Notes under the pieces: model-generated
What the model saw: the letters and a program-made list of their open reading frames with translations, nothing else
Database searches by the model: none
Told to the model about the DNA's origin: nothing
NCBI GenBank assembly: GCA_965223905.1
Contig: CBDCXV010000009.1
Span: 768,001 to 832,000, forward strand
DNA: 64,000 nt
Origin: Candidatus Latescibacterota bacterium
GTDB taxonomy: Bacteria > Latescibacterota > UBA2968 > UBA8231
Direction of reading: 5' to 3'
Program-made: the position numbers and the translations under genes
Shown: one piece after another, positions 50,140 to 61,000 of the stretch
How the letters are laid out: the number at the start of each line of letters is the position of its first letter
Numbering within the stretch: the first letter of the stretch is position 1

Positions 50140-51540
50140 ATGGATGGGAAAACAACCGCGGTGAGCTCGGCGGATGTAACTGTTCTGTGGGCGGTCGAAG
50201 CGGAACTTCACGGGAATCTCAAACCGACATCCGAGGAAGACGAAACTCAGGGCGAGCGGCCGCACCTGTGGACAGAGGGCTGGGAGAGAGTGGCCGACTA
50301 CCACAGCTGGAAGATCGAGGTCGCCGAGGCGCAGGATTTCCTCGTGTCGATGACCTGCTCCCGCGCCGGCGAGCCCGGCAGCATCGAAGTTGAAGTAATC
50401 GCGGAAGAGAGAAGCATCCCTCTGGCCGTCGCCCCCACACGGGGCTGGATACCGGAGTGGGGGGATGAATGGAGCAGCTTCGGCAAGGTCGACTTCGAAG
50501 GCAGGCTGCAACTGGACGCGGGCGTCGGCTCGATCGAGTTGCGCGCGAAGGAGGAGTCCGGGTCGGAGATCCTCCGCCTGTACACGCTCGAGCTGACTCC
50601 GGTGAGCGCCCTCGGTCGTCTGACCGCGGCAGCGGCGCGGGCCCGGCGCTTGCGTGCCGGCACCGACTGGTTCGTCGAAGCCCGCTACGGAGCGACCTTT
50701 CACTGGACTCCCCTCACTCAACCGCGACACGGCGCACGCAAACCGTTCTCGCAGGCTGTCAGCGATTTCGACGTCGAGAGCTTCGCCGGGATGGTGGAAG
50801 AGACCGGCGCGGGCTACGTCATCTTCACGTCGACTCACGCACCGCACTATTTCCCGGCGCCGATCCAGGCGATAGAGCGGCTCCTCCCCGGAAACACCTG
50901 CGAACGCGATCTCATCGGCGATCTGTCCCGGGCGCTGTGCCGGCGCGGGCTGCCGCTGATCCTCTACTATCCCGGCGGCAGAAGCACGGATGATACGGAC
51001 GAGATCCCGTGGGGGCAGGCGTCGGGATGGACCGGGGACAGGGAGCGGTACCACCGCAATTTCTGCGACATCCTCGCCGAGATCGGGCAGCGCTACGGCC
51101 GTGGGATCGCCGGCTTCTGGTTCGACTTCTGTCCCTTCAACGTCTCGCACCGTTTCGAGCCGCTGTACGCGGCAGCCAGGACCGGCCATTCCGGCCGCAT
51201 CATCGCCTGGAACAGCTGGATCAATCGCAAGCCGAGCGATTTTCAGGATTTCTGGGCGGGAGAGATCGGGGAGTTCCTGGCCCTTCCCGGCCCCGAGCAC
51301 TACGGTGAACTGCAGCCCCACGTCTGGTTCTTCCTCGACGATGAATGGACTCACGAAGAACCCGACACCGAGATTCCCCGGCCGCTCTACGACACCCCCG
51401 CATTGATCGACCACCTGAAGAGGGCGGTCGAGCGACGCATCCCGGTGTCCATGAACGTGGGAATCTATCAGGACGGCAGCGTGTCCGAGGCGACTCTGGA
51501 GCAGTTGCGCGCGGTCAAGGCCTCCATCAGAGCCGGCTGA
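50140..51540 (+). CDS. Alpha-L-fucosidase-like (GH29) enzyme with an N-terminal CBM-like domain
   Basis: WFVEARYGATFHW, GAGYVIFTSTH, RDLIGDL, GFWFD nucleophile motif. Confidence 0.85.
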   Translation: MDGKTTAVSSADVTVLWAVEAELHGNLKPTSEEDETQGERPHLWTEGWERVADYHSWKIEVAEAQDFLVSMTCSRAGEPGSIEVEVIAEERSIPLAVAPTRGWIPEWGDEWSSFGKVDFEGRLQLDAGVGSIELRAKEESGSEILRLYTLELTPVSALGRLTAAAARARRLRAGTDWFVEARYGATFHWTPLTQPRHGARKPFSQAVSDFDVESFAGMVEETGAGYVIFTSTHAPHYFPAPIQAIERLLPGNTCERDLIGDLSRALCRRGLPLILYYPGGRSTDDTDEIPWGQASGWTGDRERYHRNFCDILAEIGQRYGRGIAGFWFDFCPFNVSHRFEPLYAAARTGHSGRIIAWNSWINRKPSDFQDFWAGEIGEFLALPGPEHYGELQPHVWFFLDDEWTHEEPDTEIPRPLYDTPALIDHLKRAVERRIPVSMNVGIYQDGSVSEATLEQLRAVKASIRAG

Positions 51541-51770
51541 GCCGCCCGCCGTCAGGTCTGCCACCCCAGGTTCCGCGTCGCCGGGACGCGGGGTTTCGTT
51601 TATTTGTGCCGAAGAACATCGGAGGCGGAGCCATTGGCCGGGGAACCACTTTGTCTGCAAATCGGATTGGGATTGAAAGGAACCGGCGTTCGGGAGCTTT
51701 TCCCGACACCGGCGTCGAGGTTCAGTAACCGGCGGACGTAACGTCCACTGCTCTTGGCAGGAGGTTTTTT

Positions 51771-52643
51771 ATGCGATTATCGCTGGTCGTGATGCTGGCA
51801 CTCGGCTGCACCGCCGGGGCTGGGGGAGATGCCGATGCGGAAGCGGGACGGTCCGGTTGGTATTTCAGCGGCGCATCCGGTCTTGTCCTGAGCTCGGGGA
51901 TGGACCAATCCGGTTGGAATCGTGACACGGTGTGCTATCCCACGGACCCCTGTTTCGATGCCGACCCCGTCCCGGAGCTTTCCGGTTACCGCTGGGGCTA
52001 CGACATCGACGCGGATGCCGGCGCCGGGTTCGCATTCGCCCTGGGCCGCGGCATCGGCCGCCAGCGCCTCGAGGTTTCGTTCTCGCAGAGCAGGAACGAC
52101 ATCGACCAGGAATTCGCCTCTCTCGAGTATTTCGACGGCAGCCCCTGGATCGGACGGGAAGGAACGGTTGGGTCCAACGACGTGGCTTCCATCGGATCCG
52201 TCACTACCCGGATCCTGGCGCTCAACGTGTACCGGGACCTGGCCGCGACCCATCGTCTGACCACGTACGTCGGCGCCGGACTGGGCGCGGCCTTCGTCGA
52301 GGTCAGCGACCTGCAGTACTCAAACGACTACGAGGACACCGCGGAGTCGCCGCCTGTGTACGACCCGCCGCTGTCGTTCTACAACAGCATCCAGGATGTC
52401 GATCTATCCGACACGGTGCCGGCCGCCCGCCTGCACGCCGGGGCCGATTACGAGGTGAACGACCGGATGCTGCTCGGCGCCAAGCTGACCTGGTCCCTGC
52501 TCGGCGAGATTTCAGACACGGCGGTCTATTCCAGCCATCCGATGCAACAGGAGGGAGATCCTCCCTTCACCAACCAGACCAGTTTCGACGCGGCAGGTGG
52601 TTGGTCGCTGGCCCTCACGATCAAGCATCGGTTCGGCGGTTGA
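51771..52643 (+). CDS. Outer-membrane beta-barrel protein (OmpA/Msp2-like)
   Basis: AGGAGG RBS, signal peptide, LNVYRD, YVGAGLG, AGADY, terminal HRF. Confidence 0.8.
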   Translation: MRLSLVVMLALGCTAGAGGDADAEAGRSGWYFSGASGLVLSSGMDQSGWNRDTVCYPTDPCFDADPVPELSGYRWGYDIDADAGAGFAFALGRGIGRQRLEVSFSQSRNDIDQEFASLEYFDGSPWIGREGTVGSNDVASIGSVTTRILALNVYRDLAATHRLTTYVGAGLGAAFVEVSDLQYSNDYEDTAESPPVYDPPLSFYNSIQDVDLSDTVPAARLHAGADYEVNDRMLLGAKLTWSLLGEISDTAVYSSHPMQQEGDPPFTNQTSFDAAGGWSLALTIKHRFGG

Positions 52644-52764
52644 GAGGTCTTCAGGGGACGGGACACCCCGGAGCATGACCCGTGCATGATCAGTGACCGG
52701 TGGTTGCGGAGGTTTCGAACGGGGCCGGCAGAAACGAGCGGTTAGAAGGCAACCCGCAGGAAGG

Positions 52765-53190
52765 TCAGCCGCGCCAACCTTGGGCTGAAGCCCTGACGTA
52801 CAGGTGCCGGCCTATGGCTCCCAGTGCTGCGTCCAGCTGATCCATTCGCGAGTTGTGCTGGACATCCAACACCCGGTCCACCTGCGGCCGGTGCCAGCCG
52901 AGGCGGCGCGCCAGCTCTGCCTTGCCGATGCCCTGCTCGCGCATCCCCTGGTAGAGCATCACCTTGATGGCGGTGAGGGTCGGCAGCACGGCGATTTCCG
53001 GTCCTTGAGAAGGTGCAGGAATATCCCGACCGTCGTGGATACGGGCAGCTATCGCCTCTTCCAGCGCATCGACAGCCCGTGCCAGCGCTTCGTCTCGGTC
53101 CATCCCAAACGTGGTGAGTTCGGGGAAATCCGGTGACGTTGCCAACAGGGTGCCGTCGTCCTCTTCGAGCAGAATGAGATAGGTCAGCAT
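52765..53190 (-). CDS. hicB: HicB antitoxin with C-terminal HTH
   Basis: SPDFPELTTFG...EAL..A.DALEEAI and KAELARRLGWH.PQVDRVLD. Confidence 0.9.
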   Translation of the reverse strand: MLTYLILLEEDDGTLLATSPDFPELTTFGMDRDEALARAVDALEEAIAARIHDGRDIPAPSQGPEIAVLPTLTAIKVMLYQGMREQGIGKAELARRLGWHRPQVDRVLDVQHNSRMDQLDAALGAIGRHLYVRASAQGWRG

Positions 53191-53330
53191 CAGTTCAACC
53201 CCAGGTCTTTCTTGATTTCGGCCACCAGCCCTCGGCCCAGTTCCTTGCTGCCGCCGTGCATGGGCAACTGAGTCGTGCGGTCACCGAGTCGGACTGTGAT
53301 ATGTCCACCACCGCCTTTGTGTGGGTCTAT
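53190..53330 (-). pseudogene. hicA: HicA toxin lacking its N-terminal helix
   Basis: HKGGGGHITVRLGDRTTQLPMHGGSKELGRGLVAEIKKDLGLN*. Stop overlaps the hicB ATG; in-frame TGA upstream and no start codon. Confidence 0.8.
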
Positions 53331-53359
53331 CCGGGTTTTTCAACGCCGAATCGGGACAA

Positions 53360-53506
53360 TGCCTGCCAGGAGGGTTTACAGACGACGCTGGGGTTGTTAT
53401 TGGGCTTGTCAAACTGGTAGATAGCCATATTACCCCAGAGATCCAAGAAAAAGCAGAAAAAAGGCTGAGAGAATTTTTCCCGGACGAAGGTCCTCCACAA
53501 GCATAG
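53360..53506 (+). pseudogene. C-terminal fragment resembling YkvA/DUF1232
   Basis: LPGGFTDDAGVV...HITPEIQEKAEKRLREFF. Confidence 0.5.
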
Positions 53507-53519
53507 AGAAAGGGAAACG

Positions 53520-53756
53520 ATGACACCACAAGAAGAACAGGAACTATTTGCCCGAATAGATGCCATTGAAGCGGTCTTAAATTCTGTCTCCTGGATGATT
53601 TTGAAAAGTCTAAACCCACAAGATACAAAGAGAGCATTTGCAGATATGTGCAATGAACTTAGAAAAGCACTGTCAGATCCCACATTCGGAGCACGGCAAA
53701 AAAGAGCAATAGAAAAGCAAATATCTATGCTTGAAAAACTGGGTGATTCTCTTTAG
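53520..53756 (+). CDS. AT-rich hypothetical protein, 78 aa
   Basis: AAAGGG RBS; helical composition; terminator downstream. Confidence 0.55.
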   Translation: MTPQEEQELFARIDAIEAVLNSVSWMILKSLNPQDTKRAFADMCNELRKALSDPTFGARQKRAIEKQISMLEKLGDSL

Positions 53757-53846
53757 AAGTCTCTTTGATGTATTCATTCAAAAAAAACCTAACGGCATTG
53801 ATTAAATCTTTTCTCTGAAAGCCGAAAGATTTATAGTCTTCCTCGC

Positions 53847-53876
53847 CCCCGGTTCCTTGTGAATCGGGGTTTTTTT
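53847..53876 (+). terminator. Rho-independent terminator
   Basis: CCCCGGTTC-cttgt-GAATCGGGG followed by T7. Confidence 0.8.
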
Positions 53877-53912
53877 GTTGTTCCATTTCATACTCCTTGA
53901 AAGGGGGTTAAA

Positions 53913-54026
53913 ATGTTGTATAAGTCCATCATTACAACCATCGGCGTTCTGATTTTCAGAGAGGCCGGGATCTACGTCTGCCGAAAGGCATCGGAAAGGC
54001 TGTATACGGAGAGGCTATTAGTTTAA
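53913..54026 (+). CDS. Candidate 37-aa small protein MLYKSIITTIGVLIFREAGIYVCRKASERLYTERLLV
   Basis: GAAAGGGGG RBS 5 nt upstream; below the ORF-track size cutoff. Confidence 0.35.
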   Translation: MLYKSIITTIGVLIFREAGIYVCRKASERLYTERLLV

Positions 54027-54715
54027 AGAATCATTCTTCTGCAACTCCGTATCCCCCCCCTTGATCCACCTGAGTAAATCGGCGATCTGCTACGGCTCAC
54101 AGTGCTGTAGCCTGCAACTGCTGAAACCGGCAGGTTTCGGGCAAACAGCGCAAAACAGGCCGATTGTAGCGGGGTTTATAGTTACCATCTTGATCGCGCC
54201 GCCGGCTTCGGGGGCGCGGTGCGGTCGCTGTCCCGGATATGGGGCGCCGGAGCCCCGGGGCAGCGAAGGCGATGGCGCCGCCGGCTTCTCCAGTGGTTCC
54301 GGGCGGCCGCAGAAGATGGCCGGTCCCATGCGGCCGTTAAGCTACAGCCTTGTGCGTCTGTGCTTCCGGATCTTGTAATTCTTCTCTATCGAGATTGCCG
54401 TTACAACAAGACGTGCGGTAACGGTACGAGGCGATACTATTGAAATGCTCGGCGGCGTCTTGCTGTTTGACGCGGGGCTTCTCCCCTTCCAATGACAGAC
54501 GCAGGGCCGCGGGGGTTTTCCTCGTCAGCCTTGCTCTTCTCGAGCCCGTCGAGGAGGGGCTGCCGGGTTTCGCGGACCGCCTCCGGCCAGGTGCGACGCC
54601 GCCCCCTTGGCCCTGGTTGCCGCTGTTCCTCCCGGCCGGGCTTTCTGCCTGTCCGCGGGCTGCGGATCCCCGCTGAGATCCGACCGCACGGCCCCTTTCC
54701 AGTCTTGCCCTTTTG

Positions 54716-54869
54716 TGTCGCAAATTGAGACAGGCGTCGCATATCGCGACACATGGCCCTCACTGCCGCCCCTGGGTTTATATAACCCGTTTATAAACAG
54801 TTGGTTGAACAGTTGACCCCCCTTCAGGCGACCCCCGGGGCAGGCGCAGAAGTGTTTCAAAATGCGACA
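54716..54869. promoter_or_regulatory. Three 17-bp palindromic boxes, candidate sigma54 enhancer (bEBP) sites
   Basis: TGTCGCAAATTGAGACA (54716), CGTCGCATATCGCGACA (54735), TGTTTCAAAATGCGACA (54853). Confidence 0.65.
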
Positions 54870-54948
54870 CTCGCCCTCTTTTTCCTCGCTTCACTCCATA
54901 TGGGTTAACCCCTTTATATGCAAGTAGTTAGCTCCATTTCTTCCACGA

Positions 54949-54964
54949 TGGCACAGTCTTTGCA
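54949..54964 (+). promoter_or_regulatory. Sigma54 (-24/-12) promoter
   Basis: TGGCAC-AGTCT-TTGCA with exact GG-N10-GC spacing, upstream of the giant ORF. Confidence 0.8.
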
Positions 54965-55035
54965 TACATCCACAGGATCCGAACGCGCAGGCACCCGGTG
55001 CGTTCCTGCCGGGGCTTCGGCAATCCCGGTCCTGC

Positions 55036-58000
55036 ATGCGGCCGACCTTGCGACTGGAGAACCCCATCGATACTTCCCGCATCCTTGCCGCCCGTCGCTC
55101 CTGGGCCTCTTTCCCGGGTGCCGGCGGTTTCGGATGGCTGCTGGCGGTGCTCGGCTGTCTCGCGGCACCGGGGTCAGGCGCCGCCGCCGCCGCCGGGGCC
55201 GAGCCGCTGCTGGAGGGTCGGGTGCTTCTGTCTTCGGGCGCCCCGGCGGCCGGGGTGCGGGTGCGGCTGTTCGCCGAGCTGGGGCGTTCGCTGGGCGCCA
55301 CCGCGGATGAGAGCGGCTATTTCGCGCTGCCGCTGAACGCCCTGCGCAAGGCCGCGCCCCTTCCGGCGCGCCTGCGCCTGGGTCAGAACTACCCCAACCC
55401 GTTCAACCCCTCGACGATCATCCCGTATCAGCTGCCGGCCCCGGCGCGGGTGCGCCTGGAGGTGTTCAACATCCTGGGTCAGCGGGTGGCCACCCTGGTG
55501 GACGGGGCGCGGCCGGCCGGTTTTCACACGGCGACCTGGAACGGGACCGATGCCTCGGGGCGAGGCGTGGGCTCGGGGGTGTATCTGTACCGGCTTCTTG
55601 GGGGCGGGGAGCGCCTGACGCGGTCGATGGTGCTGCTGGACGGACCGGTGGTCCCGGCGGGTGGAGGGGGCTCCGGCGGGGCGGGGGATCCCTGGAGTGG
55701 AGGAGCCGACGGGGCGGGGGCACCCGCTGCAGGGACCGGCGCGGAGGCGGATGCAGGGAGCTTCGGCGGGGCCGACTCCTGGAGCGGGGCGGCAGGCACG
55801 GCGGGACACGCTGCGGAAAGCGAAGCGGATCCTTGGGGTGGGGCGGTGGGCTCGGCGGATGGGTTCGTTTCTGCGGGTCACCCTCCGGGGAGCGCCGCGG
55901 GTGGAGCGGTCTCCGGGGGTGCGGCCGATCCATCAGACAAGCCCGCAGGAGCAGGAGGTACCGGTCCGGAGAAGTGGGCTCCGGCCGGCGGAGCCGCCTC
56001 CGGGGGGGCGAGTGCAGCGGGTCCGACAGGCGGGATGGGAGCGAGGGCTTCGGCCCGCGGCGACGGGCGGGTCTACGGGCTGACGGTCTCGGGTCCGGGG
56101 CTGGTCCCCTGGGTCGACCCGGCCTTCCGGGTGGGAGCAGGACCGGTCGAGATTCAGGTTCAGCCGCTGTCATCCCGGCCTCGGGGCAAGGTGGCCGCAG
56201 GCGGCCTGCTGGGGGACGTCGACGGCAACGGCCGGGTCGATCTCGCCGACGCCCTGCTGGTCGCCTCGTACAGCGAGGACCCGACCCTGTCCCTGCCCAC
56301 CGGCGACATTTCTCTCGGCGACGTCAACGGGGACGGGCAGGTCAACCTGGCCGACGCCCGGCTCATCGAGGCCTACCACGCCGACCCGTCCGACCCGTCG
56401 CTGCCGGAAGGGATCGGCGCCCCGGTGGCCGCGGCGGATGCGCCGATGCTCTACTGGACGGACGCGGGCAGCGACCGGATTCAGCGGGCCCGCCTGGACG
56501 GCTCCGGGGTCGAGGACGTCGTCGACAGCGGCCTGGTCAACCCGCGCGGCCTGGCGGTGGACTCAGCGGCCGGCAAGCTCTACTGGAGCGACTACGGCAG
56601 CGACCGGATTCAGCGGTCCAACCTCGACGGCTCCGATATCGAGGACTTGGTGACCGCGGGCCTGCAGATCCCCCTGGCCCTGGCTCTGGACGCGGCCGGC
56701 GGCAAGCTCTACTGGACGGACAACGGCACCGACCGGATTCAACGGGCCAACCTCGACGGAACCGAAATCGAGGATCTCGTCACCGGCCTGCGGACCCCGT
56801 TGGGCCTGGCCCTCGACGCGGCCGCCGGCAAGCTCTACTGGACCGACAGCGGCGCCGACCGCATCCAGCGCGCTGAGCTCGACGGCAGCGAAATCGAAGA
56901 TCTGGTGACCGAGGGCCTGCAGATCCCCCGGGGGCTGGCCCTGGATACGGCCGGCGGCAAGCTCTACTGGGCCGACAGCGGCACAGATCGCATTCAACGC
57001 GCCAACCTCGACGGCACGGAAATCGAGGACCTGGTCACCACCGGTTTGGGCACGCCCCGGGGCCTGGCCCTCGACGTTTCTGCGGGCAAGCTCTACTGGG
57101 CCGACAGCAGCACCGACCGCATCCAGCGGTCCAACCTCGACGGCTCTGAAATCGAAGACCTGGTGACCGAGGGCTTGCTGAGCCCCCGGGGCCTGGCCCT
57201 TGCCCGGACTTTGTCCACGGACAACCAGGCCCCTGCCCTGGAGCCGCTGGCGGACCGCACCGCGGCAACCGGCGACTCGCTGACCCTCGAGCTTGCCGGC
57301 AGCGACCCGGACGGAGACGCCCTGACCTACACCGCTTCCTCCGGCGACGAAGCGGTGGCCACGGCGGAAGCCGCCGACTCCCTGGTGACTCTACGGCTGC
57401 TGGCCGTCGGCGAGACCGCCGTCACCGTGACCGCCCGCGACCCGGGGGGCCTGCAGGCAACCCGAACCTTCACCGTCACCGTGCAGGCCTCCAACGAGCC
57501 CCCGCTCGCCGTGCCCTGGCTCTACTGGAGCGACGCGCGCACCGACCGCATCCAGCGCGCTGAGCTCGACGGCAGCGACATTCGCACCCTGGTCGGCGGC
57601 CTCGGACAGCCCCGGGACCTCGCCCTCGACCGGGACGGCGGCCGCATGTACTGGACCGACAGCGGCGCCGACAAGATCCAGCGCGCCCACCTCGACGGGT
57701 CGCGGGTCGAAGACCTGGTGACCGAGGGGTTGAAGGAGCCGTTCGGCCTCGCCCTCGATAAGGCCGGGGGCAAGATCTACTGGAGCGACTGGGGCACCGA
57801 CAAGATCCAGCGGTCCAACCTCGACGGCTCCGAAATCGAAGACCTCGTCGCCACCGGTCTGAACGAACCCTACGGCCTGGCCCTCGACCTGGAGGAAGGC
57901 AAGATCTACTGGACCGACTGGGGGGCGGACAAAATCCAACGGGCAAACCTCGACGGCTCCGAAGTCGAGGACCTGGTCACCGGCCTCAACCAGCCCCGGG

Positions 58001-61000
58001 GGATCGCCCTCGATCTGGAGGAGGGCCGCATGTACTGGCCCGACTGGGGCACGGACAAGATCCAGCGGGCGAATCTCGACGGCTCCGGTGTGGAAGACCT
58101 GGTCACCGAGGGCCTGAAGACCTCCCAGGCGATCGCCCTCGACCTGGAGGAGGGCCGCATGTACTGGACCGACTACGGCACCGACAAGATCCAGCGGGCC
58201 CACCTCGACGGCAGCCAGGTCGAAGACCTGGTCACTTCCGGCCTGAAGGAGCCCTACGGCCTGACCCTGGGCGCCGGCCTGCCGGCGCAGATCCTGAAAG
58301 TAGAGGGCGACGCGGCGACCCTGAACCTGGCCGGCCGTTTCCGCGACCCGGAGGGAGGCCCCCTGACCCTCACCGCCACTTCCAGCGACGAGGCGGTCGC
58401 CGCCGCGACTCTGGCCGACTCGGTGCTGACCATCGCCCCGGTCGCCCCCGGACAGGTGACCGTCGCGGTCACCGCCCGCGACCAAGGGGGCCGGCACACC
58501 ACTCTGCCGGTCCCGGTGACCGTGTATCCGGCCAACCGTCCCCCGGTGGCCCGGACCCTGGCCGACCGCAGGATCCGCATCGACCGGCCTGCCCGGGTCG
58601 ATCTGACAAGCGCCTTCACCGACCCGGACGAAACAGACGTGCTGACCTACACGGCCGCCTCGAGCAACGAGGCGGTGGCCACCGCAGCCGTCGAGGGGGT
58701 CGGGGTGCTGATCACCCCCAAGACCACCGGGCAGATGACCATCGCGGTGACCGCCCGCGACCCGGAGGGATTGGAGGCGAGCTTGAGCTTCAGAGTCACC
58801 GTCGAGCCCAAGCCGCCCCCCAAGCCGCCGCCCAGGCCTCCGTCGGACTCCAGCAGCAGCAACGACAGTGGCGGAGGAGGGGGTCCTGTAACCCCTCCGC
58901 GACCGCCGCCACCACCACCACCGCCGCCGCCGCCGCCCCCAGGTCCGAACAACGCCCCCACCTTCGACGAGGGCCCGGCCGCCACCCGCAGCGTCGCCGA
59001 AAACACCGGGGCGAACCGGAACATCCAGCACCCGGTCCGCGCCACCGACGACGGACACCGCCTGACCTACCGGCTCTCCGGCACTGACGAGGCCCGCTTC
59101 GCCGTCGTCTCCGGCAGCGGGCAGCTGCGCACCCGGTCCGGGGTCACCTACGACTTCGAAGCCAAGGACCGCTACGAGGTGACGGTGGAAGTCGACGACC
59201 CCTACGGCGGAACCGACGCCATCGACGTGACCGTGCACGTGGCCGACATCGACGAACCTCCCCAGGCCCCGGGCAGGCCTCAGGTCGACCCGGCTTCATC
59301 CACCAGCCTGACGGTAACCTGGACCGAGCCGGCCAACACCGGCCCCGACGTCCACGACTACGACGTGCAGTACCGCAAGAGCGGCAGCTTCCTCCCCTGG
59401 CCGCACACCGGCCCCGGCACCGCCGCCACGATCCCGGACCTGGAGGTCAACACCCGTTACGAGGTGCAGGTGCGGGCGCACAACGACGAAGGCGAGAGCT
59501 CCTGGTCCGCCTCCGGCTTCGGGACGACCAGCGCCAACCAGCGGCCGGTATTCGACGAATCCGCTCCGACGCGCAGCCTCGACGAGAACACCACCGGAAC
59601 ACAAGACATCGGCGCCCCGGTGAGGGCGACCGATCCGGAGAACACGGCGCTGACCTACCGCCTCTCCGGACGGGACGCGAGCTCCTTCACCCTCGACGAG
59701 AACAACGGCCAGCTGCGCACCCGCCCCGGCGTCGCCTACGACTTCGAAACCCGGAGTCGCTACTCGGTTACGGTGGAGGCAACCGACGAGCCGGGCGGCG
59801 GAACGACCGTCACCGTGACCATCGAACTGATCGACGACGACAACGAGCGGCCGGACCGGCCCGACCGGCCCACGGTGACAGCCTCGACGCTGAACAGTCT
59901 ATCCATTCGCTGGACCGCCCCGGCCAACACCGGTCCCGACATCCACGACTACGACGTGCAGTACAGCGAAGACGGCGGCACCTTCGGCGACTGGCCGCAC
60001 ACCGGACCGGGCACGAGCACGACGATCACCAGCCTGACCGCGGACACGCGCTACCAGGTGCAGGTGCTCGCGCGTAGCCCGGAAGGCGAGAGCCTCTGGT
60101 CCCAATCAGTTGAAGTGAGAACCGTCGCCAACCAGGCGCCCACGTTCAGCGAAGGATCGCGCACCTCGCGCAGTCTGGACGAGAACACCGCCGGGACGAA
60201 CGACATCGGCAACCCGGTGACCGCCACCGACAACGACGGAGGGACGCTGGACTACCGGCTCGCCGGCACCGACGCGGCCCACTTCGACCTCGACGCGAAC
60301 GACGGACAGCTCGAGACCCGATCAGGCGAGACCTACGACTTCGAGGAGAAGGCCCGCTACGAGGTGACGGTGCGCGTCGAGGACGGCCAGGGCGGCAGCA
60401 ACACCATCGAGGTGACGATCAATCTGAGAGACGAAACCGAACCGCCCGAGGACCCGGCAGCACCCAGCGTCTCGGCGGCCTCCTCGACCAGCCTGACGGT
60501 GACCTGGGCGGAGCCGGCCACTACCGGCCCCGACATCAGCGACTACGACGTGCAGTACCGCGAAGGGGACAGCGGCAGCTTTTCTTCCTGGTCCCACAAC
60601 AGCGCCGAGCGTACCGCCACCATCACCAGCCTGACCCCGGACACCGACTACCAGGTGCAGGTGCTGGCCCGCAACGCCGAAGGAGCCAGCGACTGGTCCT
60701 CCTCCGGCACGGGAAGCACCGACCCCAATCAGCTGCCGGTGTTCACCGACGGGTCGAGCGCCACCCGCCGCCTCGACGAGAACACCACCGGCGTTGAGGA
60801 CGTCGGCGATCTGGTCGGCGCTACCGACCCGGAGAACACCCCCCTGACCTACAGCCTCGAAGGCACGGATGCGGATGCCTTCGCCATTGACACACGCAGC
60901 GGCCAGTTGAGGACCGACGGGGACGAGACCTACGACTACGAGACGAAGCCCCGCTATGTTCTGAGGGTCAAAGCGACCGACGGGCATGGCCGCGATCGCA

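Noticed and set aside
56440-58270. CRISPR-like regularly spaced repeats
   Set aside because: The ~129-bp period is coding YWTD blades in frame; no unique spacers or cas genes.
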